From NCBI GenBank assembly GCA_041483895.1, contig JBGPGO010000010.1, positions 64,001 through 128,000 of the forward strand: DNA of 64,000 bases. The letters run 5' to 3'. The position numbers and the translations under genes were made by a program. The stretch comes from Fimbriimonadia bacterium (GTDB taxonomy: Bacteria; Armatimonadota; Fimbriimonadia; Fimbriimonadales; JABRVX01). Of the stretch, positions 1-9,036 are shown piece after piece (the first letter of the stretch is position 1; each line of letters opens with the position of its first letter). The notes under the pieces are model-generated. The model did not search any database. It was not told where the DNA came from and was given only the letters and a program-made list of their open reading frames with translations.

Positions 1-578
1 AAGTTGCCATCAACGCCGTTATATTCTCCAATCAAACTGAGTTGATTGTTAAAAAGCAGCTCCGCGCCACCGATAAGCTTGTCCTTAAACAACCCGGTAC
101 CGCCGCCGAGCGTCGCCCGAAATCCCACAAAATTCTTCTTGAGAATCTCGGGGGTGGCCAGGTCCGCCGTCGCGACTACATAATACGTTCGTTTGATGGC
201 GTCCACCACATCAATCACACCGATGCCCAGCTCAAACCATCGGAAATTCGATGGGACAATGTTCACCTTCCCATTCGCAATGAACTTATCCGTCGCATTT
301 TCCCGATCTACAAAAGTAGCCCCGACCTCAAAATTGTCAAAAATTCCATAGTTGCCCGAAAGCGTCTTCTGATCCCCGAAAAATGTTCCAGCCACCACGC
401 GATTGGGCGTCGCCACATAGGCGTTGGGAACCGTGATCAAGCCGTTGGGACCGTATAGTGTATTGAACCTGGCTCGAAGAATATCGTTGCGAATATCCTC
501 ATCCTGAGCCGTCGCCGTCGTCCCGAACGACAGGATCGAAATACACAGAACCGCACTCAACATCGTTCTCGTCTTCAC
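1..578 (-). CDS. YjbH-like outer-membrane beta-barrel protein (3' end runs off the window)
   Basis: Not in the ORF track. Manual translation from GTG 578 (GGAGGT upstream) gives MKTRTMLSAVLCISILSFGTTATAQ...YGPNGLITVPNAY...NYGIFDNFEVGATF...LSLIGEYNG. Signal peptide plus amphipathic strands; frame open to base 1. Confidence 0.6.
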   Translation of the reverse strand, partial: MKTRTMLSAVLCISILSFGTTATAQDEDIRNDILRARFNTLYGPNGLITVPNAYVATPNRVVAGTFFGDQKTLSGNYGIFDNFEVGATFVDRENATDKFIANGKVNIVPSNFRWFELGIGVIDVVDAIKRTYYVVATADLATPEILKKNFVGFRATLGGGTGLFKDKLIGGAELLFNNQLSLIGEYNGVDGN

Positions 579-647
579 GTCTGCGCACCTCCGTATGTCA
601 GCAAACATCAGAGGGATGTTACCACATCCGGATTCGTGGAAGGTTCG

Positions 648-1232
648 CTAAACGAGGCTTGTCGCAAGCGATCGGAGGCGCCCGGCCGTCAATCGGTCAA
701 GCCGATCGAACTTCACGAGAATCTTGTGGAAGTCCCGGCCTCCGGGTTGCAGTTGTTCAACACGACCGGGCAGCGTGAGCCGTTGCATCTTGCCAATGGT
801 CAGATCGGCGGTGACCTGAGAGCGGAGTCGAATCGCCTCTGTGGCGAACGTCGTAAGCGAATCGTCTCCCAGCAACACGCATCGGCTGTCATAAATGAGT
901 GGGGTCATATCGAGGGTCTGAATTCTGCACGGCATGTCGCATTGAGCAACCATCTTTTCCCCGTGCTTTTCCAGGCGAATCTGAGTCGGCGCGGTCAAAA
1001 GCAGCATGGAACCCTTCTTGCCAAGCAGGTCCGTGCTGATGTATGCAATCGAATCTTCCGTAATAATCTGGATCTGAACGTTCCTCGGCGGATTCTCCGG
1101 ATCCAGTCCGGTTGCATCGCCCAGGGTGTATTCGAAGATGAAGACTTCGGTATGGTCCACGAGCCGACCATACACCTCCCTCTCTCCGAAACCCCACACC
1201 AATCGAGCTAGGCGACCCTTGTAGTTCGTCAT
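648..1232 (-). CDS. Hypothetical protein with possible C-terminal PilZ-like beta-barrel
   Basis: ORF 648..1319, likely start MTNYK at 1232. C-terminal LTLPGRV...ILVKFDRLD...RLRSL resembles PilZ ends; no clear RxxxR motif. Confidence 0.4.
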   Translation of the reverse strand: MTNYKGRLARLVWGFGEREVYGRLVDHTEVFIFEYTLGDATGLDPENPPRNVQIQIITEDSIAYISTDLLGKKGSMLLLTAPTQIRLEKHGEKMVAQCDMPCRIQTLDMTPLIYDSRCVLLGDDSLTTFATEAIRLRSQVTADLTIGKMQRLTLPGRVEQLQPGGRDFHKILVKFDRLDRLTAGRLRSLATSLV

Positions 1233-1281
1233 GTGTTCCGTTCCAACCGACTTGCGGCTACCCTGATCTATGCCGCCGCAC

Positions 1282-1296
1282 GCAACGCGGGTACCA
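1282..1296 (-). promoter_or_regulatory. Putative sigma54 (-24/-12) promoter
   Basis: Minus strand TGGTACCCGCGTTGC: GG-N10-GC spacing, 50 nt upstream of the 1232 start. Confidence 0.5.
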
Positions 1297-1355
1297 CGTG
1301 CGAGAAACAGGTTTCGCAACGGAAAACTAAAAAAATGGACGGGTAAACCTGCTGA

Positions 1356-2936
1356 TTATTCCGGGTCTGGCGTCTTCAGATACCGTTTGGTCAGCCAGCG
1401 CTCAATGGCTTCTAACCCGGCTGGAGCGACCTTGTTATCTGGCGTGGTGAGCGAATAACCGACCCCAGGAACGAGTATCGAGCTTACATCCTTGTTCCCG
1501 GCCTTCTGGATTTTTGCGGCTATCGCTGACATGGACTTTGGGCTGATAAAAGTGTCAGCTGCGCCGCTGATGAGCAAGACCGGCTTCTGGATCTTCCCAA
1601 AATCCAATCCGGGATCGTATTCAGCAATCTCCTTCAACCAAACTCCTGGGTAACCGCTCTGGGTGGTCGTCTTACCGGCTTTTGCCTCTGTAAAAGAGCC
1701 TTTCAATTTCGCCAAATCGAGAGAGGACTGTGCCCGTTCGACCTCAGATCGTTTTGGGTCTTTCGCCATGGCCTCATATCTGTTCAACAGGACCTTGTCA
1801 TAGGACGTTGCGGGAGTTGCCAAAAGGATGCAGCCTGCCAGGGATTTGTTCTGAGTCATCAACATCGTGGCTATCAAACCGCCTTCACCTTGGCCGACGA
1901 GGATGATTCGGTTTCTGTCCACCAATGGAATCCGTGATAGATAGTCGATCAGATATTGGTTATCAATGCGAGTAGTTTTGAAACCTGCATCTTCCCGGGA
2001 TCCTTGGCTTGATCCGACGCCCCTTTCGTCCGCGCGCAAAACAACAAACCCCGATGCGCCCAATCGGTCCGCGAGAATTCCAAATAGCTTTGCCCGCTCT
2101 GATCCGGCCCTAAGAGTATCGCCATTCCGATCTTGGCCTCCTTCGCCGCCAATGAGCAGGATCGCCGGATGTCGGCCGGCAGTTTTCGGAATGGTGAGTG
2201 TCGCCGCAAGAAAGAGACCAAACGAGGGGACGGAGATTTCAGCCGCAGAGTACTTGTCTCGATGCTCCATCCATGCCGGATCGAGCCCAGCGACCGGCTC
2301 GTAGCCGTCGCGATAGGCAATGTGACCGAAATTACGCAGATTGGCTATAACGATCTTTCCGTTGTCCTCAAACCAATCCGCACCGACATTCCCGCTGGCG
2401 GCAAATCGGTCGAGCTGCTTTACCCCATCCTTCGTCTGAATGCCGTCCCGGCCCAGATATTCCAAGATGCAATCTCCAGCGACAATATCCTGAATGCGAA
2501 AAGTGGATATCGTCTGCTTGCCTTCCTTTCCGCGGGAGACGGCTGAAGCAAGAAAATAGAGAGTTGCGGGACTGAAATCTGAGACTGGAGTTCCGACGTC
2601 ATCGAACTGAAAAATGACCGGCTTGGTGGAAGATTCGTAGGAGACGGAAACCCCTTGAGCATTTGCTTCCACGAGCAATGTGGTTTTTCCGTCCTTAGAT
2701 ATTCGGGAACTGCGAAGCCGATTCGCGCTCGTGGTGGCAACGAGGTCGAAATCCTTCGTGCCACCGCTGGTAACCACATGAACTTTCGATTTAATCTCAC
2801 CGTTCGCTAGGCTGAACTCTTCGGATCCAGCCGCCTTTCCACCCAGCAAAAAGTGAAATGTGCCGCTGTCCGCAGGCACAGACGGCGCCTGCGAAAAGAC
2901 CAAGAGACCTAAGAACTGAGTGAGAATGCCAAACAT
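1356..2936 (-). CDS. Secreted alpha/beta-hydrolase-fold protein with degenerate catalytic motif
   Basis: Typical motifs ATLTIP, PAILLIGGEGGQDRNG, LRADERGVGSS, PVLLISGAAD. The nucleophile elbow reads GQGEGG instead of GxSxGG. Confidence 0.75.
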   Translation of the reverse strand: MFGILTQFLGLLVFSQAPSVPADSGTFHFLLGGKAAGSEEFSLANGEIKSKVHVVTSGGTKDFDLVATTSANRLRSSRISKDGKTTLLVEANAQGVSVSYESSTKPVIFQFDDVGTPVSDFSPATLYFLASAVSRGKEGKQTISTFRIQDIVAGDCILEYLGRDGIQTKDGVKQLDRFAASGNVGADWFEDNGKIVIANLRNFGHIAYRDGYEPVAGLDPAWMEHRDKYSAAEISVPSFGLFLAATLTIPKTAGRHPAILLIGGEGGQDRNGDTLRAGSERAKLFGILADRLGASGFVVLRADERGVGSSQGSREDAGFKTTRIDNQYLIDYLSRIPLVDRNRIILVGQGEGGLIATMLMTQNKSLAGCILLATPATSYDKVLLNRYEAMAKDPKRSEVERAQSSLDLAKLKGSFTEAKAGKTTTQSGYPGVWLKEIAEYDPGLDFGKIQKPVLLISGAADTFISPKSMSAIAAKIQKAGNKDVSSILVPGVGYSLTTPDNKVAPAGLEAIERWLTKRYLKTPDPE

Positions 2937-3043
2937 GATGCTACTATTATTACGCAAAAGCCCGATGGTGCTACGCAACCAATTTCACCGGCTTCCAGTA
3001 TCGTCGAATGGTGCGATCGAAGGCGGTCTTCTGAAAGGACACT

Positions 3044-4774
3044 ATGGCTCGACCTAGGCGTGGGCTCTGTATCGGCTGCGGAGCGGCAGGAATTATCTTT
3101 ATCGTCGGTACTGCCTGGTTCGGCTTCAGCCGAATGAAACCTGCGGCAGCAACACAACGAACATTTGAAGCAAAAAAGGGCGACCTTGTTCTCGATGTGG
3201 TGGAATCGGGAACGATAACCGCCGTCCGGACGGTAGACGTTCGACCCCGCACCGGCGGTCGCGTTTCCCATCTCGAGGTGGATGAAGGCAACACCGTGAC
3301 ACCAGGCCAAGTCTTGGCCACCGTCGACCCGCAGGAGACCCAATTGGTGGTGAACCAATTTCAGGCCCAGCGAAAATCAGCGGAATCGCGCCTCAAAGAG
3401 GTCAAGATTCAGACGAATACCACCATCTCCACCTCCAATGCCGATATCCGGCAGGCGGAAGCCCAGCTCCGCCAAGCGCAACAGGACTGGGAAAACCAGC
3501 CAAAGATTACTGAGGCTTCCATCGCCCAATCCAAGGCCGGCTGGGAAAGCGCAAAAGAGGACATCCGGCTCCTGGAGACCTCGACAATCCCAAACAGCAT
3601 CGTCCAGGCCGACAACGCTGTCAATCAAGCAAAGGCCAGTTTGGAAGAGGCCGATGCGAATTACAAACGGATGCAGTATCTCGTCTCCAAGGGCTTCCGA
3701 GCGAAACGCGACGAAGAGGTAGGCAAAGCCCAATTTGATACCGCAAAGACTCAATACGATTCTGCGGTTCAATCACGAAAAATCCTCGATCGGCAGAATG
3801 AGAGCCAGCGTAAGGCCGCCGACCAGCGCCTTGCCCAAACGAAAGCCGCGTATGATCAGGCTGTCGCCAATTCCTATCTGGTCCAGCAGCGCAAAGACGC
3901 GCTCGAATCGGCGAAGGCGGGCCTGGCCGGGGTCCGCGCAAGACGAAATGGGATCAATCGACAGAGTGAAACCCAAGCGGCAGCAGGCATTCAGGAGATT
4001 GACAGCCGCCTGGAAGACGCCAACCGCCAGCTTAACGAAACGGAAATCAAGGCCCCGATCAATGGCATGGTCACCAAGCGATACGTCCAGATCGGCGACC
4101 TCGTTACGGCTCTATCCGGGTTCAGCTCCGGAACTCCGGTCTATCAAATCGCCGATCTGAGCCAACTGAAAATAAATTTGTCGATCAACGAGGTCGATGT
4201 ATCGCGATTGAAGGTCGGCCAGGAAGTGGAAGTGACCGTCGACGCGGTCCGTGGCGAGACGTTTCACGGAATAGTCAACAAAATCGCGCCCGCTTCGGAC
4301 TCCAGCAGCCAGGCCCAGCAGCAGGTGGCGCCGGGTACCGCCACGGTCGTGAAATTTCAGGTAGAAGTTTATCTCACCAACTCCGATCGCCGTCTCAAGC
4401 CCGGCATGAGCGCAAAGTGCCGAATCATAACCGACCGCGCCACAAACGTGCTCCTGATGGATGCCGAGGCCGTGGGCAAAGAGATGAAAGACGGCAAAGA
4501 GACCTACTTCGCCATGAAGCTGTCCGGCAAGAAGGTGAAGGACAAGAAGACAGGCCAATTGGTGGACGAGACTGAGCGAGTACCGTTGCAGGTCGGCCTC
4601 CAGGCCCCCACCCGCTATGAAATCACGGCCGGCGCGAAAGAGGGGGACAAGTTTGCCAGAGCCCCCTTCGGCGGCCCAAAACGGCGTGATCTTCGCATGG
4701 ATTTCGGCGCCAATAGCGACGACGAAGAAAAGAACAAAGACGATCAGAAGAGCAAGGACGAAAAGAAAGAGTGA
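3044..4774 (+). CDS. Efflux periplasmic adaptor subunit (MacA/HlyD family)
   Basis: N-terminal TM, lipoyl halves (GRVSHLEVDEGNTVTPGQVLA; IKAPINGMV), long coiled coil, LKPGMSA. Confidence 0.9.
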   Translation: MARPRRGLCIGCGAAGIIFIVGTAWFGFSRMKPAAATQRTFEAKKGDLVLDVVESGTITAVRTVDVRPRTGGRVSHLEVDEGNTVTPGQVLATVDPQETQLVVNQFQAQRKSAESRLKEVKIQTNTTISTSNADIRQAEAQLRQAQQDWENQPKITEASIAQSKAGWESAKEDIRLLETSTIPNSIVQADNAVNQAKASLEEADANYKRMQYLVSKGFRAKRDEEVGKAQFDTAKTQYDSAVQSRKILDRQNESQRKAADQRLAQTKAAYDQAVANSYLVQQRKDALESAKAGLAGVRARRNGINRQSETQAAAGIQEIDSRLEDANRQLNETEIKAPINGMVTKRYVQIGDLVTALSGFSSGTPVYQIADLSQLKINLSINEVDVSRLKVGQEVEVTVDAVRGETFHGIVNKIAPASDSSSQAQQQVAPGTATVVKFQVEVYLTNSDRRLKPGMSAKCRIITDRATNVLLMDAEAVGKEMKDGKETYFAMKLSGKKVKDKKTGQLVDETERVPLQVGLQAPTRYEITAGAKEGDKFARAPFGGPKRRDLRMDFGANSDDEEKNKDDQKSKDEKKE

Positions 4775-6003
4775 ACATACTCCAGTCGCTGCTCGTCGCC
4801 GTGGGGATGCTGCGGGCAAACAAAATTCGCTCGTTCCTCACCATGCTCGGCATCATCATCGGCGTCATGGCCGTCACCGTGACGATCGAGATGGTGGAAG
4901 GCTTCCGCAGCTACATGAACAACCAGTTCGCCAGCCTGGGTTCAAATACTGTTTTTGTTTTCTATGATCCGAGCGGCCGGCGGCGGGGAGAGACGTTGGG
5001 TGGAGTAGGCGGTCTCAAGCAAGAAGATGTGGAAGCGATCCGAGACGAATGCTCCCTTGTCAATCTGGTCAGTGAGGAACTTCGTCTTGGCGCAAAGACC
5101 GTCTCCTACGGGGACCTGCAGCTCGAGAGTACCGATGTCATCGGCGCCGATGGATCGTATGCCGAGATGCACGCGCTGCAGACCGACGAAGGCCGGTTTT
5201 TCACCGATACAAGCTCCGACAAATGGGCGAACAATGTTGTCCTCGGCTACGACGTTGCGCAAAAGCTTTTTCCGCGCGGCGGGGCGATTGGCAGCGACGT
5301 GATCATCGATGGCCGGGCATTGCGCGTGATCGGTACGATCAAGAAAAAGGGTCAGACGCTCGGCGAGCAGGAGGACAAACGGGTGTACGTGCCGGCCTCC
5401 ACCGCGCAAAAACGTTGGCTCGGATCGGACGACGTGCATGTTCTGTTGGCACGGCCGGTCTCAATGGCGGACACGGACGGCGCGATGGACCAAATGTGGC
5501 AGACGCTCATGCGCCGCCACGACAACAAGCAGGTGTTTCGCATCGGTTCACAAGAAGCGATGACCGCGGCGTTCGGCGGCATCATCACCGCTTTTGGGGC
5601 CGTCTTTTCCGCAATCGCAGCGCTGTCGCTTCTCGTCGGCGGAATTGGCATCATGAACATCATGCTCGTGTCCGTTACCGAGCGCACGCGAGAGATCGGT
5701 CTGCGCATGGCGGTCGGCGCGAAACGCTACGAGCTGCTCTTCCAGTTTCTCGTCGAGGCCGCCACGTTGTCGCTCATCGGCGGTCTCATCGGCATGGCTC
5801 TTGGTTGGGGATTGGGCGCGGCGGTCGATTGGTTCACTCATTCACCGATGGCGCAAGGCATGCCCGGCATCACGATGACTTTTCCGCTCTGGGCCGCGAT
5901 CGGGGCTTCGCTCTTCAGCGCATCCGTGGGCCTCGTCTTCGGCATCTATCCCGCCTGGCGCGCCGCCAAACTCGACCCCATCGAAGCCCTCCGCCACGAG
6001 TAA
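4771..6003 (+). CDS. ABC transporter permease, MacB/FtsX family
   Basis: RSFLTMLGIIIGV, SLLVGGIGIMNIMLVSVTERTREIGLRMAVGA, PAWRAAKLDPIEALRHE; GTGA overlap with the adaptor gene. Confidence 0.93.
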   Translation: MNILQSLLVAVGMLRANKIRSFLTMLGIIIGVMAVTVTIEMVEGFRSYMNNQFASLGSNTVFVFYDPSGRRRGETLGGVGGLKQEDVEAIRDECSLVNLVSEELRLGAKTVSYGDLQLESTDVIGADGSYAEMHALQTDEGRFFTDTSSDKWANNVVLGYDVAQKLFPRGGAIGSDVIIDGRALRVIGTIKKKGQTLGEQEDKRVYVPASTAQKRWLGSDDVHVLLARPVSMADTDGAMDQMWQTLMRRHDNKQVFRIGSQEAMTAAFGGIITAFGAVFSAIAALSLLVGGIGIMNIMLVSVTERTREIGLRMAVGAKRYELLFQFLVEAATLSLIGGLIGMALGWGLGAAVDWFTHSPMAQGMPGITMTFPLWAAIGASLFSASVGLVFGIYPAWRAAKLDPIEALRHE

Positions 6004-6105
6004 TCCGATCTCTGTAGCCGCAGGTCCTCTTGCCGCTACTCCACCAATTGCCACGTACCCAAGCGCCCGCGGATTCCGACGGAGAAGGGCTGGGCCGCGA
6101 GATCT

Positions 6106-6873
6106 TCAATCACATGCCCAATACCACGTGCCGATGTTCGGGTCCGGGTGCGTCTCCCCGCTCGCATGTCCCGACGGCGACACGAGCGTCTTATCGAATG
6201 CCCCCGCAGACGTGATGAACTTCGCGTGACCATCCGCAAAGATCATGCTCCCGCCATTCCGGTGCCATTCGCGGAAGTAGTCGTCATATCCCGCGCACTC
6301 GTATCCATAGTAGCAACCCCCCTGCGGGTCCAGCGCCTTCGAGAAAAAGGGAAACTCCTCATCTCGAATGATCCGCGTCTGTGCAGGCAGTTGATACGCG
6401 GCATCCTTCACGATCTGCGTGGTGCCGTCCGGGTACACATTGCCATTTTGGCTGCTATAGTTTGCGATTGTTGAAAACCCGCAGTGATCGAATCGATAGC
6501 TCGATCCATAAGCTTCCCAATAGTTCCTGGATTTCGGCACGTCGCCCTCTTGAAACGGACTCCCGATATCTTCCGGACAATCAAAGACACGCTTGTCCTT
6601 CGTATATGTCAGTAGTGCCATCTCAATACCCAAATGCCCCGGTTCCCATGGACTCGGCGTTTTGTTATACGCCTGGAAAATCGGCCATGTCGCGTTGTTG
6701 TCATCCACGTACATGCGGACCGCCAAGCCGACCTGCCGCGCGTTGGAAACGCACGTCGTCACCTTCGCTTGCCGTCTTGCGTTCGCGAACACGGGAAACA
6801 GAATCGCGGCCAATATCGCGATGATCGCGATCACCACCAACAGCTCAATCAGCGTAAACGCTTTTCTATGCAC
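6106..6873 (-). CDS. Prepilin-type N-terminal cleavage/methylation protein with H-X9-DG motif (DUF1559-like)
   Basis: MHRKAFTLIELLVVIAIIAILAAILFPVFA, CVSNARQVGLA, C-terminal H-RNGGSMIFA-DG; SD GGAGGGGG upstream of the GTG. Confidence 0.92.
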   Translation of the reverse strand: MHRKAFTLIELLVVIAIIAILAAILFPVFANARRQAKVTTCVSNARQVGLAVRMYVDDNNATWPIFQAYNKTPSPWEPGHLGIEMALLTYTKDKRVFDCPEDIGSPFQEGDVPKSRNYWEAYGSSYRFDHCGFSTIANYSSQNGNVYPDGTTQIVKDAAYQLPAQTRIIRDEEFPFFSKALDPQGGCYYGYECAGYDDYFREWHRNGGSMIFADGHAKFITSAGAFDKTLVSPSGHASGETHPDPNIGTWYWACD

Positions 6874-6895
6874 TTTTTCGCCCCCTCCGATTTAT

Positions 6896-6997
6896 CCCTC
6901 CACGGTCACACTGCGGAGGGTCGTCGTTCGTCATCCCTTGACAATCGCACTGTCAAGGGCCGACGGCGTCTCCCTTCACAATCCCAATTGTGAAGGG
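6896..6997. repeat. Three palindromic REP-like repeats, family A (consensus CCCTTCACAG-TCGCA-CTGTGAAGGG)
   Basis: Hairpins at 6896-6920, 6935-6959 and 6972-6997; same family at 23166-23282. Confidence 0.85.
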
Positions 6998-7038
6998 GCG
7001 CAAGATGACTAGGGGACGGACAAGTACGGGGGGAGAAG

Positions 7039-7131
7039 TCTCTGCGTTCCCTCCGCCGGAATTATCCGTCTCAGGTTCAAGGGGTCTATGCGCTACCGCA
7101 ATCTCAGCCCTTTCGGGCTCCCCCAGCAGAA
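7039..7131 (-). promoter_or_regulatory. TPP (thi-box) riboswitch aptamer
   Basis: Minus strand TCTGCTGGGGGAGCCCGAAAGGGCTGAGATTGCGGTAGCGCATAGACCCCTTGAACCTGAGACGGATAATTCCGGCGGAGGGAACGCAGA contains the GCTGAGA, GACCC-TTGAACCTGA, GGnTAATnCC and GCGnAGGGA hallmarks; P1 is TCTGC/GCAGA. Confidence 0.92.
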
Positions 7132-7138
7132 CGCCTCA

Positions 7139-7147
7139 ATTCTACCA
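7139..7147 (-). promoter_or_regulatory. Extended -10 promoter driving the riboswitch leader
   Basis: Minus strand TGG-TAGAAT about 7 nt upstream of the aptamer. Confidence 0.6.
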
Positions 7148-7160
7148 CATCAAATAAGAA

Positions 7161-7276
7161 GCCCTCCTCTTTTTCCGAGCCGAAGGCGAGGAAAAGCGGC
7201 GGATGATGGCAAGTTGGAAAGCCCTCCCCTTTTTCCGAGCCAAAGGCGAGGAAAAGGGGGAGGGCTGGGTGGGGGT
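7161..7276. repeat. Tandem REP-like palindromes (family B related)
   Basis: Two near-identical CCCTCC(T/C)CTTTTTCCGAGCC(G/A)AAGGCGAGGAAAAG units; the second ends GGGGGAGGGCTGGGTGGGGG like family B. Confidence 0.7.
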
Positions 7277-7692
7277 CAAAGGCACTGTCGCGAACGAGGA
7301 TATCCCTCCTCCTTTCCAAGAAGCGGCCAGCGGGAGGTTGGAAACGACGGGCATCATTGGGCGACGGCGACATGGCCGCCTGGTAGGCTCTTGGAGGTAT
7401 TTGCAGGTATTTCCTTGGACCGAAGAATAGAAACCCGCTCGGCGAGAGTCTTCATTGATAAAAGCGTCCGCTGGGAATGAAGAACTCCTGGCCGAATCCG
7501 GAAATTTGCTGTATCATAGTAAGCGGACAGCCACATTGGAAGTTGTTGAAACGTGACAATGCAACTCTTCCCATCCATCGGGACATGGGAACAAGTACTC
7601 GGTAATTGGCGCGATCCGTTTCAGAGGTGTATGTTGACAATCGGGCGGATCGATCAACGTTGGTGCGCTGCGAGGAGAGAGGCGGTGCCAAA

Positions 7693-9036
7693 ATGAAGTC
7701 GCGACTGCTTTGCACGGAGATTGCAATTTGCTGTATCCAGGCATTTCAGATTCCACAATTAGCCACAGCCCAGCAATATACTCATCGCCGGATCGGCACC
7801 TACCGCGGGGTCGGGTTTGGCTATATAACTGACGACGGTGTACCGATTTACCTTGTCACCGAAGGGGATCCGAACGATCTTGGCGCACCCTATGATGTCT
7901 ATGTTGACGGCGTAAACTACACCGGCAGCGTATTCAATGGAGATCATTATTGCTATGGTCCGAAATTGCTGCGCAACGGCGACATCTACTGGACTGGAGG
8001 ACAAACTAGGATCGATGTTTACAAAAACAATGTAAACATTACCCAAACGTTGTATGGCAACGCCTATAATGTTTCAGAATACAGGGTGAATGAACGTGGC
8101 AATGTCGCGGTTCACCTCAGTCTGGATCATTCGTCCACACAGGACACATTCTTGGACGGGTTCAACATGTCGAAGGCCGCTCTTGGCAATGGCTTGCGGC
8201 AGACCCAGCTCCTCCATTTGACAGACGACGGAACTCTCTTTTGGCGCGGGACGGGGCCAAAAGATCAAGGAAATGATGACGTATTCAGGAATCTCCAGAA
8301 TACGGACGCCGATGCCTTGGGCGCCAATCGGGCTGCCTATCAATACTATGTGAATTCTAACGGACAGTACCTTTGGACCGGTTTGGGAGACAAGACAGGT
8401 GGCTGGAAGCATGTGTTCCTCGGCCAAGCAGACGTGACAAGAGCCTTGTTCGGCTCCACCGACCACAACGATTGGGCGGTAGCGCTCAGCGATACCGGCA
8501 GTGTTCTGATGGAGACCTTCGATGCCGAGTCGCGGACGCTTGGTATGTACAAGGATGGCGATCGGATCTCCGACGTGTTGGGAGTGGCCGGGGGCATTGA
8601 CATCATCGGCTACTTCGCCTCCGATGGTCGAGCGGTGTGGAGCGGAGGAGGCACTGCATTCGGGAAATTTACCGACGTGTTCGCGGATAGGGCTAATCTA
8701 TCAGCGGCACTACTCGGTGGGAACCGTCAAACTAGGCTGGACGGTGTGATCCCCAATGGAAATGTGCTTTGGCATGGATATGGCAACCTGAATCCGCATT
8801 TCGACTTATTTGTTGAACAGTTCAATCTCTCGGCCAGCGCCATAGGCGATGCGTCGCAGAGTTACTGGGCGCTAGGCGCTTCCGGCAACAAGAAGGGACA
8901 GATCATTTGGGGGGTTGCCAGGAATGGAATGGAAGAACTTTGGGTCAGCACGCCGGTGCCGGAACCGGGTGCAATTGCGGCTGCAGGGTTCGCCATCCTG
9001 GGCCTGATACTGCGGAGGCGTCAGCGGGCGAAGTAG
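7693..9036 (+). CDS. PEP-CTERM sorting-domain protein with about 45-50-aa internal repeats
   Basis: Signal peptide, repeated W-x-G...DVF...N-x-S...LG units, C-terminal STPVPEP, TM segment and RRRQRAK. Confidence 0.85.
   Translation: MKSRLLCTEIAICCIQAFQIPQLATAQQYTHRRIGTYRGVGFGYITDDGVPIYLVTEGDPNDLGAPYDVYVDGVNYTGSVFNGDHYCYGPKLLRNGDIYWTGGQTRIDVYKNNVNITQTLYGNAYNVSEYRVNERGNVAVHLSLDHSSTQDTFLDGFNMSKAALGNGLRQTQLLHLTDDGTLFWRGTGPKDQGNDDVFRNLQNTDADALGANRAAYQYYVNSNGQYLWTGLGDKTGGWKHVFLGQADVTRALFGSTDHNDWAVALSDTGSVLMETFDAESRTLGMYKDGDRISDVLGVAGGIDIIGYFASDGRAVWSGGGTAFGKFTDVFADRANLSAALLGGNRQTRLDGVIPNGNVLWHGYGNLNPHFDLFVEQFNLSASAIGDASQSYWALGASGNKKGQIIWGVARNGMEELWVSTPVPEPGAIAAAGFAILGLILRRRQRAK

Noticed and set aside
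6896..6997. Regularly spaced palindromes (also 23166-23282 and 10868-10987) as mini-CRISPR arrays
   Set aside because: Gaps of only about 10-20 nt, degenerate and sometimes inverted units, no cas genes; REP-like.
7088..7480. Short ORFs with duplicated peptide (PLFPS.RRGK)
   Set aside because: Artefact of tandem palindromic repeats and overlap with the riboswitch.
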